64,000 bases of DNA from Octopus bimaculoides. Its lineage: Eukaryota. The stretch covers positions 67,859,726 through 67,923,725 of the forward strand of contig NC_068992.1 of assembly GCF_001194135.2 (NCBI RefSeq), read 5' to 3'. The position numbers and the translations under genes were made by a program. The notes under the pieces are model-generated. The model did no database searches. It worked only from the letters and a program-made list of their open reading frames with translations, and had not been told where the DNA came from. Shown here one piece after another: positions 11,477 to 25,125 of the stretch (its first letter is position 1; each line of letters opens with the position of its first letter).

Positions 11477-12681
11477 AAGCTTCTAGATTAAGAACCGAGA
11501 GGCAAGGAACGTATTTAAACAGTTTTTATCTAGCGGGAGAGGTTAAACTAAATATACCCTCTTTGACTTTTCATTAAGTTCTTCACTTCGAGCAATCTCG
11601 ATTACAAAATTCTCCCAGCTTCCTGATGTGATGTTCCTAGTTTTGATGTACGGTAAATATTAAAATGCTTATTGGTCAAACATTTGTCGAATAGTTATAA
11701 TTAGACGACTCATAATGCTTGTCTTCAATTAACTCGTTCTTTCATATTTATTTTCAAGTCATATATGTTCAGGTCAGCTGTAAAATTAATATGAAACACT
11801 TCCGAAATATCAGGCTGGCAGTATTTGCATCGCTGGAAAAGTCATGTATGCCATATGAATACAACTCTGTTTTGATATGTAGAAAAATAATTTAATATTG
11901 TGGCGTCGAGTTCGAGCCTGGACTGATCGAAGACATGTTCACGCTGTACGTATTTGCTTAATGACAGTCATTCAATGCATGAATGAATCTTGGTTGTCAG
12001 TTGACATTTGGCTATACGATGATTCTGAAAAGCTGTTGGGGAATAAACGTGTCTCGAGACAACAAACTGTTGCTAATTTGTGAGACTGGAGACCATTAAA
12101 TATGGTTGCTGGCCTAATGCATTTTTGGTTTGCTTAATATTCGTGTTGTTAGCAGTAACACCTACCTACACAACTGCAGCTCAGATGTAGTGACTGCAGA
12201 GACACACCTAAACAATGGCAATAAACATTTTCTCTATTACTTCAAATACTTCGGAAGCTGTTTATAATTTAATTGGCATAATTTTCCTCTAACAAAACAT
12301 TTATTTATGCTTCTGGTAAACATTGCTATTGTCTAGACTTGTTAATCGCCTTGTACTTAAATTCATACATCATAAACATTTTCACCGCTTCTGAGTGCCG
12401 TCAAGTAGTATTTACAGAAGAATAAATCGCTTCATTTGGCTTTTGTTAATGCAGATATTATGTATGGGAAATAATTTAATTGCTTTACATAAAATGACAA
12501 TTATTCAATAATGTTTGTCTTCGTTCCTTATTTATTTATAAGCTTTAAAATGAAAGCTGATGAATAGAAAATAGACACCTAAATCTGTTTGATGCATGTG
12601 TCTTTTGATTATTTTAGCTAAAACATTAGAATTTTAGGAAATAGCAGGATGTATGCAGTATGTAGTCATATATATGATAAA

Positions 12682-12806
12682 CGACTTTCAGTTTCGGTCA
12701 ACTGAATCAACTAAGAACTCTATCGTCGACCCGGGACAGTAGTAGAAGGACTGAAACCGAAACCATGTGATTAGGAAGCAAATTTCTGATCACACAGTTA
12801 GGCCTG
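12682..12806 (-). mobile_element. SINE family A, internally deleted copy
   Basis: Reverse complement CTGTGTGATCAGAAATTTGCTTCCTAATCACATGGTTTCGGTTTCAGTCC...CTACTGTCCCGGGTCGAC...GAAACTGAAAG, homologous to 40932 and 54841. Confidence 0.7.
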
Positions 12807-13889
12807 TACCTATACATACACACACTCATACACACAGACACAAACACTCATAGAATCCTAATTTTTTGTTGGTTGAAAACTATATATTATCTTTATAATA
12901 TATTACATAACCCAATATATATCAACATTATCAGAGGAAATGCATAAAGGGATTCGACAAAAATTAATATTTAGAATATAGACATTTATTGAACAATACG
13001 GAAAACTGAATAAACAATACACGCCATGCGAACACATTTTTTTGCTTTTCCTCCTCTTTGATTTCATGGTGCATTTAGATAATCCAGAATTACCAAAATT
13101 ATAATAGCGTTTTACTACATTCACTTCATGGCCCATATGAATAAATGGCGCGGGTGTGCGAATTAAATAACTTTATACTTGAATTTCATTTACAGCTCTG
13201 ACGGATTAAAACAAATTTATACCGTATATCACTAGGAATGATATGCAATTTAATTGCATGAAAGTGAATCACAGCCATTCTCTTATTTTTGACCGTTTAA
13301 CTCAAGTCATTCTATTGTTCGTTTTGCAAAGAATGAGAAACCGGAATTATATTCCTTAGGCTTTTAATCTCTACCTTGTCATTACCAGTCTGAATGTAAG
13401 GATTTTCTTTTTGAATAGATGTGATTAACATGATGAATATTTATAGAATATAATGTATTCATAATGAATATTCATTCAACAACAAAATGAAATACATACC
13501 ATGAACAAAAGCAGGCCCCAAAGTAATGTTGCAGCAATGTAACAGACGAATATAAGGTTATTTAAAAATACATGTTTCCATAATATTGTACAGTGTGAAC
13601 ATTAGTAAAAACTGTCAATATAACATGTTAATGAATTATTTTAGAAATGACAGCGAACATATTACAGGATTGTTCATAATTATTTTTATAACATTTGAAA
13701 TTTAATATATTAGTCTGTTGATTTTTGCAACATTCGTCAATTTCATGAAAATGGGGTCATCACCCGGAAATATTGAATACAAGGTAAGTCATCATTAATT
13801 CACATACTTGTTTTCTTGTGATTTATCTTCCATTTACACTTAGCATTGTTTTGGCCTTACCCACGATGTTTTATACTCTCTCCCTCTCT

Positions 13890-13924
<35 letters not shown>

Positions 13925-14089
13925 NNNNNNNNNNNNNNNNNNNNNNNNNNNNNNNNNNNNNNNNNNNNNNNNNNNNNNNNNNNNNNNNNNNNNNNNNNNN
14001 NNNNNNNNNNNNNNNNNNNNNNNNNNNNNNNNNNNNNNNNNNNNNNNNNNNNNNNNNNNNNNNNNNNNNNNNNNNNNNNNNNNNNNNNN
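13925..14089. other. Assembly gap (N run)
   Basis: N run between (TA)n and (GATA)n. Smaller gaps lie at 9419-9447, 15881-15890, 31234-31243, 39271-39280 and 54819-54828. Confidence 1.
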
Positions 14090-14094
14090 GGAAT

Positions 14095-14144
<50 letters not shown>

Positions 14145-15288
14145 CTGCCTCTTTGCAATACCAAACCGATAAACCTATGCGTTTGAACAAGCTAGTAATA
14201 TAATAACAATAAAAATGAAGCTCCTCTTGTAGTTATCGTGCGGAGCCTAATAATACTTTCCGCAAAGTTTCCATGCATTTGTATGAATATGATGGTGAAT
14301 GGAAAAAATATATTCACATTTATATATAAAATATAAACGTCCAAAACACTAAACCACATAACATTCGTGACAAAATGTATATACTATGTTTTTACATATA
14401 TATAATTTGTAATATAGTGGAAATTTCATCAGTGATCGTTCATTATAATATGGATTTTTCTAAAAAAAATACTTCTTTTTCTTTTTACGCATATAACAAC
14501 CAAACCCATACATAGACACTAAGTCATTAATGATTTTAAACCGTTCGTTATTTATACAGATGATTGTTGCAAAAAATATCGGCATTAATTTGAAGGGGGA
14601 ATTTTTTTTATCTTCAGATAAATTATGTAATTATACACAAGATTATTGCTAAAGGAAAAATATTTCCAAAGACGTGCAAATACATCTTGTTATATAACTT
14701 TTCGCTCTCTCGAGAGAGAAGTAAAATTATTCTGTAATAACTTCTTGTATGAAGGAAGCTATCAAGCAAGATTTATTGTGTAATGAATCACGAGAACTTT
14801 ATCCAATATTCACGAAAAAGTAAAACCCGTGTTGCAATTTATTCTAACTTAGGTGTAAGTAATTATATTTCCTATTAACTGTTCTCGAAGTTTTGACAAT
14901 TACATTCTAGCACCGCCACTCTCCAACACTTAAAAAACATAAGTTGGTGTTGGTTGCTTCTGGTAAGGTATTTTAAATTACGCTTCCTTTCAGTAGCATT
15001 GGCCATCAGAATGATCCGTAACCATACTCTCATTGGCAGTGCTGAGGCACAGATTGTCTCACAGTTCACCGTCGCCAACCTATTTGCTACACAAATGACT
15101 TTAAAAGAGTCCTTTCTTACACTGTCGTCCACAACTTGACACCACCTTCTACGTTGATGATTTTCACTCTGCTTTAGAATTTTTCCGTCAGTATCGATCT
15201 CCCAACCTCAGTGATTTCCACCATGTGTAACTCCTATTGTCTCACCTTCTTTCTCTCAATTCTATGATTACGAAGACAAACATCTCCG

Positions 15289-15348
15289 ATGCCAGGCAAT
15301 AGGTCTGAACCCTGAACGATGCTTCTTACCACAGTGTCACGCCTGCAC
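15289..15348 (-). mobile_element. SINE family A, truncated tRNA-like head
   Basis: Reverse complement GTGCAGGCGTGACACTGTGGTAAGAAGC...GGGTTCAGACC...TGCCTGGCA. Confidence 0.6.
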
Positions 15349-15361
15349 GTATACTATCACA

Positions 15362-15467
15362 CTCTCTCTCTCTCTCACTCACTCACTCACTCACTCACTC
15401 ACTCACTCACTCACTCACTCACTCACTCACTCACTCACTCACTCACTCACTCACTCACTCACTCACT

Positions 15468-15498
<31 letters not shown>
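15362..15498. repeat. Compound (CT)n-(CACT)n-(CA)n microsatellite
   Basis: Over 20 CACT units, directly visible. Confidence 0.98.
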
Positions 15499-15500
<2 letters not shown>

Positions 15501-15836
15501 TATATTTTTCTTCTTTTACATTAGATTTTTTCCTTTCGTATTTCGATTTGCAATGTTACTGACAAATGGGTCTGATATCGCAGACAATTTATCTGAATAA
15601 TTGATAAATAAAAGGCAATCCGTTTTTCAGGTAAATTTAATGAACAAAAGTCAAGAAATAAAATTCTCACTAGGAATTTGTATATGATTTGTATCAGATT
15701 TTGATTTTTTTTACCATCGAATACGATAAATTGTAATAGGTTCATAATAATTATTTGAAATGAGATTCTTAAATTAATTCCTAATGAAAACTAAAGTTAA
15801 CATATTTAAACAAGCTCGAATTTCATACAAATTCTT

Positions 15837-15880
<44 letters not shown>

Positions 15881-15890
15881 NNNNNNNNNN

Positions 15891-15928
<38 letters not shown>

Positions 15929-16750
15929 CATTTAAATTTATACTAATGGATCCTTATGTTTGTATTTGAAATGGATATATCTATTTACGAATAATCATTT
16001 TATTAAAATGTATATGTTATGTGGCATTTTCTCTATTTGCAGATTAAATGAAGATGAAAGATTAATAAAGTAATTAAAATGAGAGAGTGCAGCATTATGA
16101 AAGCGCTTCAAATTAGATAAACAGAGATTAGGAAATATTTCAATGATTTTATAATTATAAAAAATTATTTAAAGTAGGTGATTTTCAAACTAAATTCATG
16201 ATTATATCTTTTATTATATTTTTATGTGCACAGTAATTTATAAATATTAGTCTCATGTGACGAGATGTAGTTTGGCTTAGCAGAATACAATTCTGCCCAT
16301 TAAAGTATGAATGTCTGGTCTGATGAAGCGATTAAAAGCATTTATCTATGAATAAAAATCTCAATTACCTTCAAACAGACCAGAATTATGATTTACTAAC
16401 TTTCAAAATATTTTCCACAGCAATTGGTGTATATATCATTAGAAATCTGATTTTATTGGTTAGATGCAGTTCTTAGTGGCACACATATACTTTGTAATAC
16501 TCGATATGTGGCGAGGTAATATGATAAACAAGCTATTATTATTATTACTACTACTAATACTACTTCTACACACACACTGAATTCAACAAGTTTTTTTTCA
16601 TTTTCTCTCTATTTATTTCCTCTTATTCCTTTCTATCAAAGAGCGTAGGCTCGAAACGTAAAAGACTTTTATATTTTTCCCGAGCGTTAAACTAATACAC
16701 TTGTTTGTTGTTCCTACACCTGTCTTAATCTTTGTTTTTCCATAAATCTG

Positions 16751-16754
<4 letters not shown>

Positions 16755-16817
<63 letters not shown>
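16755..16817. repeat. (CA)n microsatellite abutting the transposase stop codon
   Basis: Directly visible. Confidence 0.98.
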
Positions 16818-16818
<1 letters not shown>

Positions 16819-16819
<1 letters not shown>

Positions 16820-17580
16820 TACAAGTCATACTCAAAGTGGTGGCCATTATTTTCAGACACTTATTAGTTCGGCAACCTACTGCGTGGCAATATTGATCAA
16901 GGTGTCAAGTGGAATTTCCGCACAGGCCCTATTAAGTCCTTCCTGATGTGCCACTGCTGTAGACAGTTTTCTGTGATAGATGATATCCTTTAGTGTGCAC
17001 CTAAGTAAAATTCGGCTGCGGTTAAACCTGGTGAACTCGCAAGGAACTCAGCTGCAGCTCGTCGTCCTCTCCACTGTTCTTGCAAATTGTTATCCAGGTG
17101 AGTTCGAACTTCTCAGAAATTGTATGGTGGTGTGGTATCTTGTTGTAAGAAAATATTCCTCATTGTCATAAAGAGCATGCGCACTGGGTAGAATGGATGC
17201 GCATAGCATGCTTAGGCATGTTCACCTGTGGCAGTACATTCAAAGAAAACTGGCCATATTAAACCTCTTGATAAAACTCAACACCAGATAGGATCCGTGG
17301 TAAATTATCTGCTTCGTCCTCACGCAAGATATATTTTATTCTGCTTTGTAGACACAATTATGTCCGTTGTTCCATTTGAACTTCATCAAACCAGACAATC
17401 CTCCTCACAAAACTCGATTGTTCTTGCGATGTAAACGTACGACTTTGTTATTTTAAAAATGCACCGATTGCTTACACTGCTTAGTCCTGTCTAACGTGCA
17501 CATTGTGCAGTAAACATCTGTTCCGTGTGTATTAGGAAGCAGCACTTGTTACCGTACGAAGTCTGCCGAATTTACACACA
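16819..17580 (-). mobile_element. Tc1/mariner superfamily transposase remnant, rosa/DD41D-like
   Basis: Minus-strand segments FGRLRTVTS, TIEFCE, IVWFDE, QQDTTPP...EVRTHLDNNLQEQW, GRRAAAEFLASSPGLT and ENNGHHFEYDL* (stop 16819-16821). These resemble WSDE / QQDGAPPH / GRRG..WP.RSPDLTP.DF.LWG / NGHHFEHL. No TIR was found. Confidence 0.8.
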
Positions 17581-17589
17581 GTAACATAT

Positions 17590-18028
17590 GTTTAAAACTG
17601 ATTACGAATCCGTAAAATTGTCAGGCGTAGTTGAAAGAGGTGCTGGCAAAAGTGGAAAACAATCAAGTTACTAAAACATGAAATTGCAAGAATGTGGAGT
17701 AAGAAGAGAGAAACAAACATCCCAGTAGTTTTGGGGTCACTCAAAACAGTAGTAACCAAGTTTAAGATATATGTCGGGGAAATTGGGATTGACATGAGAG
17801 CAGAGCATGCCCGAAAAATTGCTCTAACGGGGGACAACCAGGCTTTTGAGATTGGTACATGGGTGTTGAGTACCTTCCACGACAGTTAACACCTAAGTGC
17901 TAAGTCTAATAATTTATGGAAAGAGACGCTGTGAAGATATTGAGAACAAGATGCTGTCCAATGTCACAGAAATAACCAGATCGAGAACTCTGAGATGTGA
18001 AATGGAATAATAATAATAATAATAATAA
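17590..18028 (+). mobile_element. R4/Dong-like non-LTR retrotransposon 3' end (RLE endonuclease tail, 3' UTR, (TAA)n tail)
   Basis: HEIARMWSKKRETNIPVVLGSLKTVVTKFKIYVGEIGIDMRAEHARKIAL..TTRLLRLV matches the EIARMW...IPVV.GALG...LQK.ALLGTARILR pattern of R4-clade elements. (TAA)n at 18006-18028. Confidence 0.8.
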
Positions 18029-18603
18029 GTGAACTTATTATGAAAGCACATGTATTTCGTCTCTTTCTCTTCCTCCTCTCACTCTTTCCCTCTCCCATTC
18101 CCTCTCTTTACCCCTCCCACTCTCTGAAGTTCTCTCTTTTTATCACCACTTTCTTTCTCTCTCTCTCACTTTCTTCACTACTTTTTGTCATCGTAAAATT
18201 CTTCATCCGAAATCACACTCCCACAGGAAGCTAGGTTTTCGTTAGATTCAGATTAATACTTCTCCTTCCATCTTTGGTTAAATCTTCAATTTACAGTTGG
18301 GCATTGAGGAATGCTGCAGTTGGCAAATTCTCTCCACGTTGAGGCGGCTTTCCACCCTTCTTCCATCTCCCCTCATGTCCAATATCTACCTACCTACCTA
18401 ACGTCCGTGTTTCCAACCACTCCTAAGCAGCCCTCCTACTCTCCCTCTCAATATACATTTCTTCTATATAAATATATTATACTGAACCTTCTGTGTTAAA
18501 TAGCTTCCTCCACCTCCCTATTTGATTTTTCCTTTTCCATTAAGCTAGTTGTTCTGTCTGTCTGTCTGTTTGCCTCTCTTTCTCTCACTCTCTCTCCATA
18601 TAT

Positions 18604-19033
18604 ATATCTCCAAGGTTTCAAATTTGTATATTTAAAAGGGATAGAGACTTCGAACTCGACAGATTTATGTTCCATTTATTCCATTATTTACCATCCGATG
18701 TCAACATTTCTGTGCCCAAACCTATCCAGCGACTGATCCGTTGGATCTCTGACGTTTGGCACTTCCTCAGGAATGGTTTCCATCAGAACAAATTACGAAA
18801 AAACACAAATAACGATCATAACAAATTATTAAAAATTGCTTAACTTTATCTCCGCCATGGTGTCTTCTGACGAAGTGCCAAACGTCAGACATCCAATGGA
18901 TCAGTCACTGGATATGTTTGGGCACAGAAATGTTGACATCGGATGGTAAATAATGGAATAAATGGAACATAAATCTGTCGAGTTCGAAGTGTCTATCCCT
19001 TTTAAATATACAAATTTGAAACCTTGGAAATAT
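18604..19033. repeat. Long inverted repeat (about 167 bp arms, 96 bp spacer)
   Basis: 18604-18770 versus the reverse complement of 18867-19033 is gap-free with about 7 mismatches by manual alignment. Confidence 0.95.
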
Positions 19034-22000
19034 AAATATAAACAATGAGAACGACCCTTAGGAATTCTAATCAATGATCCCCTAGGGTAAAGGCTTATGC
19101 TATATTGGTAACGGTTGCAACATCCTCTGGAAAATTATATATATATATATATATATATCTTCAGCTAGCTTTATTTTATTTTATTAATCTTTGTTCCTTT
19201 TTAATTTTTTCATTAAATTAAATTTCTTTTCTTAATATATTCTCTAAATGCCGGGGTGGTGAGGGGAGTTGAGCGCCCATTACATATGGCCTGTGCATGA
19301 CCTGTCCTCTGACAGTCAAGCCCGGCTCCTTCGTCAAACCAACAGGAGAAGAGTGAAAAAACCGAGTATCTGTCGCCTTCAAAGAAGTAGCGCTCCGGGT
19401 AGGCTGTACTCGTTAGCCATGTATATTTTGTATAATAGATTGAATAATAACGAAATTATTATAACGAGCCTTACAAACATTGTACATACGAAAATGAATG
19501 TTTACACATGGCTTTACACCCCCTTTTTAATTTGGATCGGTTTATTCACAATACGGTCACACGCAATGCTCTTTATTGTACGTTTGCGGCATTTTCTATA
19601 AAAGTGTTCATGTTTATAATAACGAATATGTATTCCGTATCGGAACCGTCTTCCTATCATTCATCAACTTTCTACAACAAGAACACGATCTTTTATAATA
19701 GAATTTCCACAGTTCTTTAGAATCAGCTTCTAGTTATCGAAGATTATTAGGTATCAATAATGATTTCATAGCCATCTTTGCATATATTGGTGTTCAGTGA
19801 GCGGAACAAGGGGGCGGGGACTCAGAGGCCTGCTTCCATTTATATTAATTTTAGAGATACTAATCAATTCATTGCTAAACTTCATTAATTTTCCTTTTCT
19901 TTATAATATTTCTTAATAAGTTGTCAAATTCTTAAAGACCAAACGCCATTTTAAATTGAAAGGATTTCCAGCTTTATTCTCTATGGAGTGGTCAATCTGA
20001 ATGCATTTGAATACCAGTGTTGGACAAAAAAAGTATTAATCATGTAATTGATGACGCAGTGGGTTAAGGTGCTCCGGCGCACTTGCTCTTCACCGAGATT
20101 TAGTCGTTATTTTCAGTTTTTTTTATTGTAGGTTAAACAGAAATTTCAAATGAAAATGATGACAGTTATATCCACCAAACTGGAGCAAAAGGAAGGTTTA
20201 AGAAGTAAGAAATATATCATTCATGAGCATCAAATACAAAAACAATGGACTTAACAGGATGTGTTAGGTCTGAAGTTACATGAGAATAGCTGACCCAATA
20301 GGTAGGTCATTAAAACTATAGTATGGGGGTAGTCTTATTCTCTGAGAATATAGAAGTTCATTTGTTTAGCATTTTGGTTCATGTACATGTGAGTGGGCTG
20401 GTGGATGGGTGCTTGTGCGTATGTGGTGGGGTAACCTTTAATGCCATTATTATAATGATCCTTCAACAGCAAGATATTTAAAAACCGACTGCGATACCAT
20501 TATCTACAGACTACCGATTGCTGAAACAATCAAGAGGACGTTCAGTAAAAATATTTCACGGATTCTCGTTCTCTCATGTTACGTTGTGTTATGAAAGCCT
20601 ATCAAAGATGTCTTTCATATTTCACATGTATTTTACCAATGAGTCAATGGAATACTATGGTTGCTATAAATAATTATACTTTCTAAAGTGTTTACACAGA
20701 AGAGACAATGTCCAGTAAAAGAAGTGCATATATAAATAACACATCTATACACATACGAAGAAGACTACAATTCTGATAAGCAATGAAACATGCATAATAA
20801 ATAGAAGCTACTAGAAAATGAAACAAAATAAAAAGCCAATATACTATCAAGAACTAAAAAAAAGCATAAGTCATAAAGTTCATCTATAAAAATAATCAAC
20901 AAATTTCACACGTTTTTGTGAGATAAAGGTTTTACTGATAATTATTTTGCCATACATGTAGCGATAAATGCAACATTCGTCCTTGGAGATAGTTGGACCG
21001 AACAAAAATGATAGCGTGGAGCTTTATTTCTGTGCTCGCTATTTTCTGTATATTTACAAGACGTAACTTATATCGTCCGATACTGTCCATAACTCGATGC
21101 GACATATCAATAGCTTTGCTGATATGTATTAGGTCATTAGTTATTCCATAATGGATACAGATTCTATATTACCCATTAAATAACCATCTTCTTTCATACT
21201 TGATCTATTTAATAAACATACCTAAAGGAAATATCGAATTTCACTTTAAAAAAATATGTATATATTTATGAAAACCAAATTTCCTTTATCTTTGGAAAGT
21301 TATCCGTAACGAAACCGGGAAGTTCAAATGTAAATTGTTTCCAACATTAGCTGTTTCATTAGATATGGAGTTGAAATGCTTTTGATGTTTATAGATGTTT
21401 TGTTGTAGATATAGATCCGAGTCTTCCATTAAAGATAAAATCTCTCGTGTCTAAATATAGCTATCTGAGCATCTTTTAATATGATGAGCGTCGTGCATTA
21501 TATTATTCATTTTGTTGGTGATTTTAAGATTCATCAGGATATTTACGCGATCCTAAACCACTCTCTCTGTAACATTTGTAATTCAAACAAATCTTCATAG
21601 CAAGATCTGTTTGAACTCATTTCTTTTTATTTCATCAATATTGCATGATCTTGTGCAAGAATACGTATTACTTAAAATATGCCTGCATATATTCTATATT
21701 TGTCTAACCTTATTCAGTTTTACTAGATTTTTAGAGCAATTGGTATGATTATCTTTCCATTCATAAGTCTTATCAGTCCTGTCTCTAAGCCATATGTGTT
21801 CTGGCTTATTTCCTGTCCTATACAGATGCCTCTATAGACATTTAACTATTTGACATTTAGCAGTTAGGATCAAGCTATCACGTTTATGTATTTTGTAACA
21901 AATACATGTTTCTGATGATTGTCTATGGCAGTAATTTAATTATTATAGGAGTAGAGACAGCCAACACCTACGAATAAGCGTGGGCTTATCACTTGAACCA

Positions 22001-22084
22001 TGTTTTTCATAAATGCCTTATCTGACTACGGTCTTCTCAGCCAACATAATAGCATTCTCATTCCTATCACATTTAGACTATGAA

Positions 22085-22257
22085 AACAGGTTGTTACAGC
22101 TGAAGAAAGGATGGGTTCTACCGGCAACATACTGGTACTCGTTGCAGCTGCGTAGACTAGAGCAACTGGAAATGATGCGCCACCCTAACATGGAATAGAG
22201 CTTACAACCTTATAATCATGTGCCAAACGCACTAATCACTAATGCACGGGTCTTTAC
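22085..22257 (-). mobile_element. tRNA-derived SINE, family B-like, degenerate
   Basis: Reverse complement shows an A-box-like TAGTGATTAG, a B-box-like TAAGCTCTATTCC, and the CORE-like CAGTTGCTCTAGTCTACGCAGCTGCAACGAGTACC. Confidence 0.6.
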
Positions 22258-25077
22258 TGAATGTTACACAGTATATCGCCTTCGGCACATTATACCGCAT
22301 TTATATAGTGATACCATATTTATGCTTTTGGCGGATTTAGCTTAAATATTTCCATACCCAGTAAACGGCAAGCCACGTGAGTTAAGATTGAAATCTATTG
22401 TATTCGTTTGAAACATAGATATGACGTTAATTGATTGTACAATATTCCAAGTATTTGTTCTATTTAATTGATGACAATGGAGATTTGAAGCACATCAGAT
22501 CATAAGGAAATGTTTGTGCGTTGGCAGATTCTAAGAGAACATTTCAACAAATGGCTAATATCTTCCTGTCAAGGTGGTGTCTCTGGTTGATTGAAGTAAT
22601 ATTCCACATGTTTCTATATATTACTCTCAAAAATGTGTCACCGATATTTTGAGTGATTTAGAGTCACATATATATATTTTAGTTATTATTCATACGACTG
22701 AGTATTCCGCGAACTTCAATGTTGATATTCCGAAGTGAGAAGCGGATATCATTTAAATGTTTTCAGCCACAACCCTTCGACTTTTATCCACTGCGTATGA
22801 GATACATTTAATGTTTGGAATATTAATTCTTGTCAGTTTATTCCTTCGAGCAAACACAAAGGCGAAGTAAAAATTCATATGATACTTTACGGAGCGTTGT
22901 GCCTTAAGACTTGAACCCAAATTAAATTTTATATTTCCATTCATGAATATTATGTTATATAAAGCATTTGTTAAAAGAAATTTTATAACAGCAATAACAC
23001 TTAAAATGCATTGATATATCTGTATTCTAGAAATAGAAGATCGTGGTTATACGTGAAACTAACCTATCAGAAGAATATTGCTTGATCACTTAAACAATGG
23101 TATGTGGTCATGTTCGTATTGTGTTTTAAGAATTCAATAATTATTTGTTATTTACGTGTGACAATGGTTAATTGGAGGCCTCAGAAACAGATATGATGCA
23201 GCTTGATTATTCATTGATGACCGGTGCGTTTAGTCTTATTGCGTTCGGATATTCAAGATTCGCAAACAAACCAAGTGAGGTAGAAAAACAACCGATAATA
23301 TCGACAGCCGTATCAAAACTCGCCCTCTCTCTCTCTCTCTCTCTCTCTCATGTATGTATGTATGTATGTATGTATGTATGTATGTATGTATATATATATA
23401 TACAGCGAGAGGGAGACAGAGAGAGAGAGAAAATGGAGAACTAGAGGAAAATTGGGCGGGAATATAACGGACAGAAAAGGGAGACAAAAAATACGATACA
23501 AGGAACATTCGATTCTGACTTAGTCATCAGTTGGTAGTTGGTATCACTATGACGTCACGGAGTCGGTGCCACTCGATTCGCATTCTTTCATCCTAAGACT
23601 ATATTTTAATAGATACAAGGTTTTACGTCCAATGAACATCTGATGTTAATTAGAAGTGAATGAAGTCATTCTTTAGTTAATTTTATTGCCACATTAGTCA
23701 AATATATTTATGATTGCCAAAAGTAAAATGGTCCTCCTGTCACTAAATCTATGAGTTCAAGTTTAACATTTGTTTGAAGTTGAATGATATTTTAATCATC
23801 AGTACGTATATCATTCCGATTCTATCAACCGTAAAAAGAAGATAAAAATAAATGAGGATAAAACAGGGGATATATGTACATACTGTTATATATTAAGTTA
23901 GATAATTCGTTATTAAATTATTTTTGTATCGCACGAACCCTCCTTTCCTCAAATAGTGACCAATTCACAGCATGACCAATTATTTATGAAATAGTTACTA
24001 AAAGAGTTGCAGATGTTTGACTTGAGTTACTTCTCAATAAGTAACTGACTTCTCGTTTGACACTTCTCTTTACGATACAAACAAAACATGCAAAGAATAC
24101 TGAACACTAATAGAATGATTTTATTTGTTGTTTTATAATAGAGTCGTAACAATATCTAAAATATATCAATTTTTTGTTTTTTTCATATAAACGGACAACT
24201 TAAAACTTAATTCTACTATTTAAATCTAATTATCCTTCATTCACCCAGATGTGCTGAGCGTAATCAATATTTTTGATAATGAAAAGCATTTTTTAAAAAT
24301 GGAAATGCAATAATGTATTCAAAATACTGGAAAATTAATAACCTATGACATTCATTAAACAAAAGACAGGTTATACAAGAAATTAAAAGCGAAAAAGGAG
24401 ATATTGAGTAAATTATAAGATGGTATATTATATTTCTATAAGATAATGTAATGTAATTTGGATGGCATTAATTTCTGTAATTTTCACATGTTCCTAATTG
24501 AAAAATAGTATTCTTTAAAATAACTATTGTTTTTGAGCAAATTAAAATGTAGAGACATTCTTCTGAATATAACAAATATGACACTTAAATTTTATCTATT
24601 CACAATATGGATGTAAGTTGCTTAATTATCCAATAAAACGGAATCCTTTTATATAAATAAAATATATATCTACTACGGAATTAATGCGCTGTAAATTGTC
24701 ACACTTGCCATGAAAAGTACACTGTCTCCCTGTTAATCCAGATAATTAGAGACATAAATTGGTTTTCCTAATTATTTGTATTAGTTCATTACTATATTTC
24801 TAAAATACAGCTTCTAATATTGCGAAGAAACTTCACTACCCGCTGTCACCTGAAATAAAGACGACGTCAGGAAACGGAGCAATTCACTATCGAATAATAG
24901 AGAAAGTTCATTTCGTAAACAGGGCGTCCTTGTTTAAGGTGCTGTTTGAAATAAATCTGTCTATGGTTTCTACGTCAAAGAAGAGAGAAGATATTATTTC
25001 CTAACAAATTTATAGATTTCTAACAGTGATAACTATTCCAGGATTACTATTCGTTCTAATTATAGCTATTTAGTGCA

Positions 25078-25125
<48 letters not shown>

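Noticed and set aside
23521-23538. 18 bp identity TAGTCATCAGTTGGTAGT shared with about 42088
   Set aside because: No flanking similarity; one such match in 64 kb is not clearly beyond chance.
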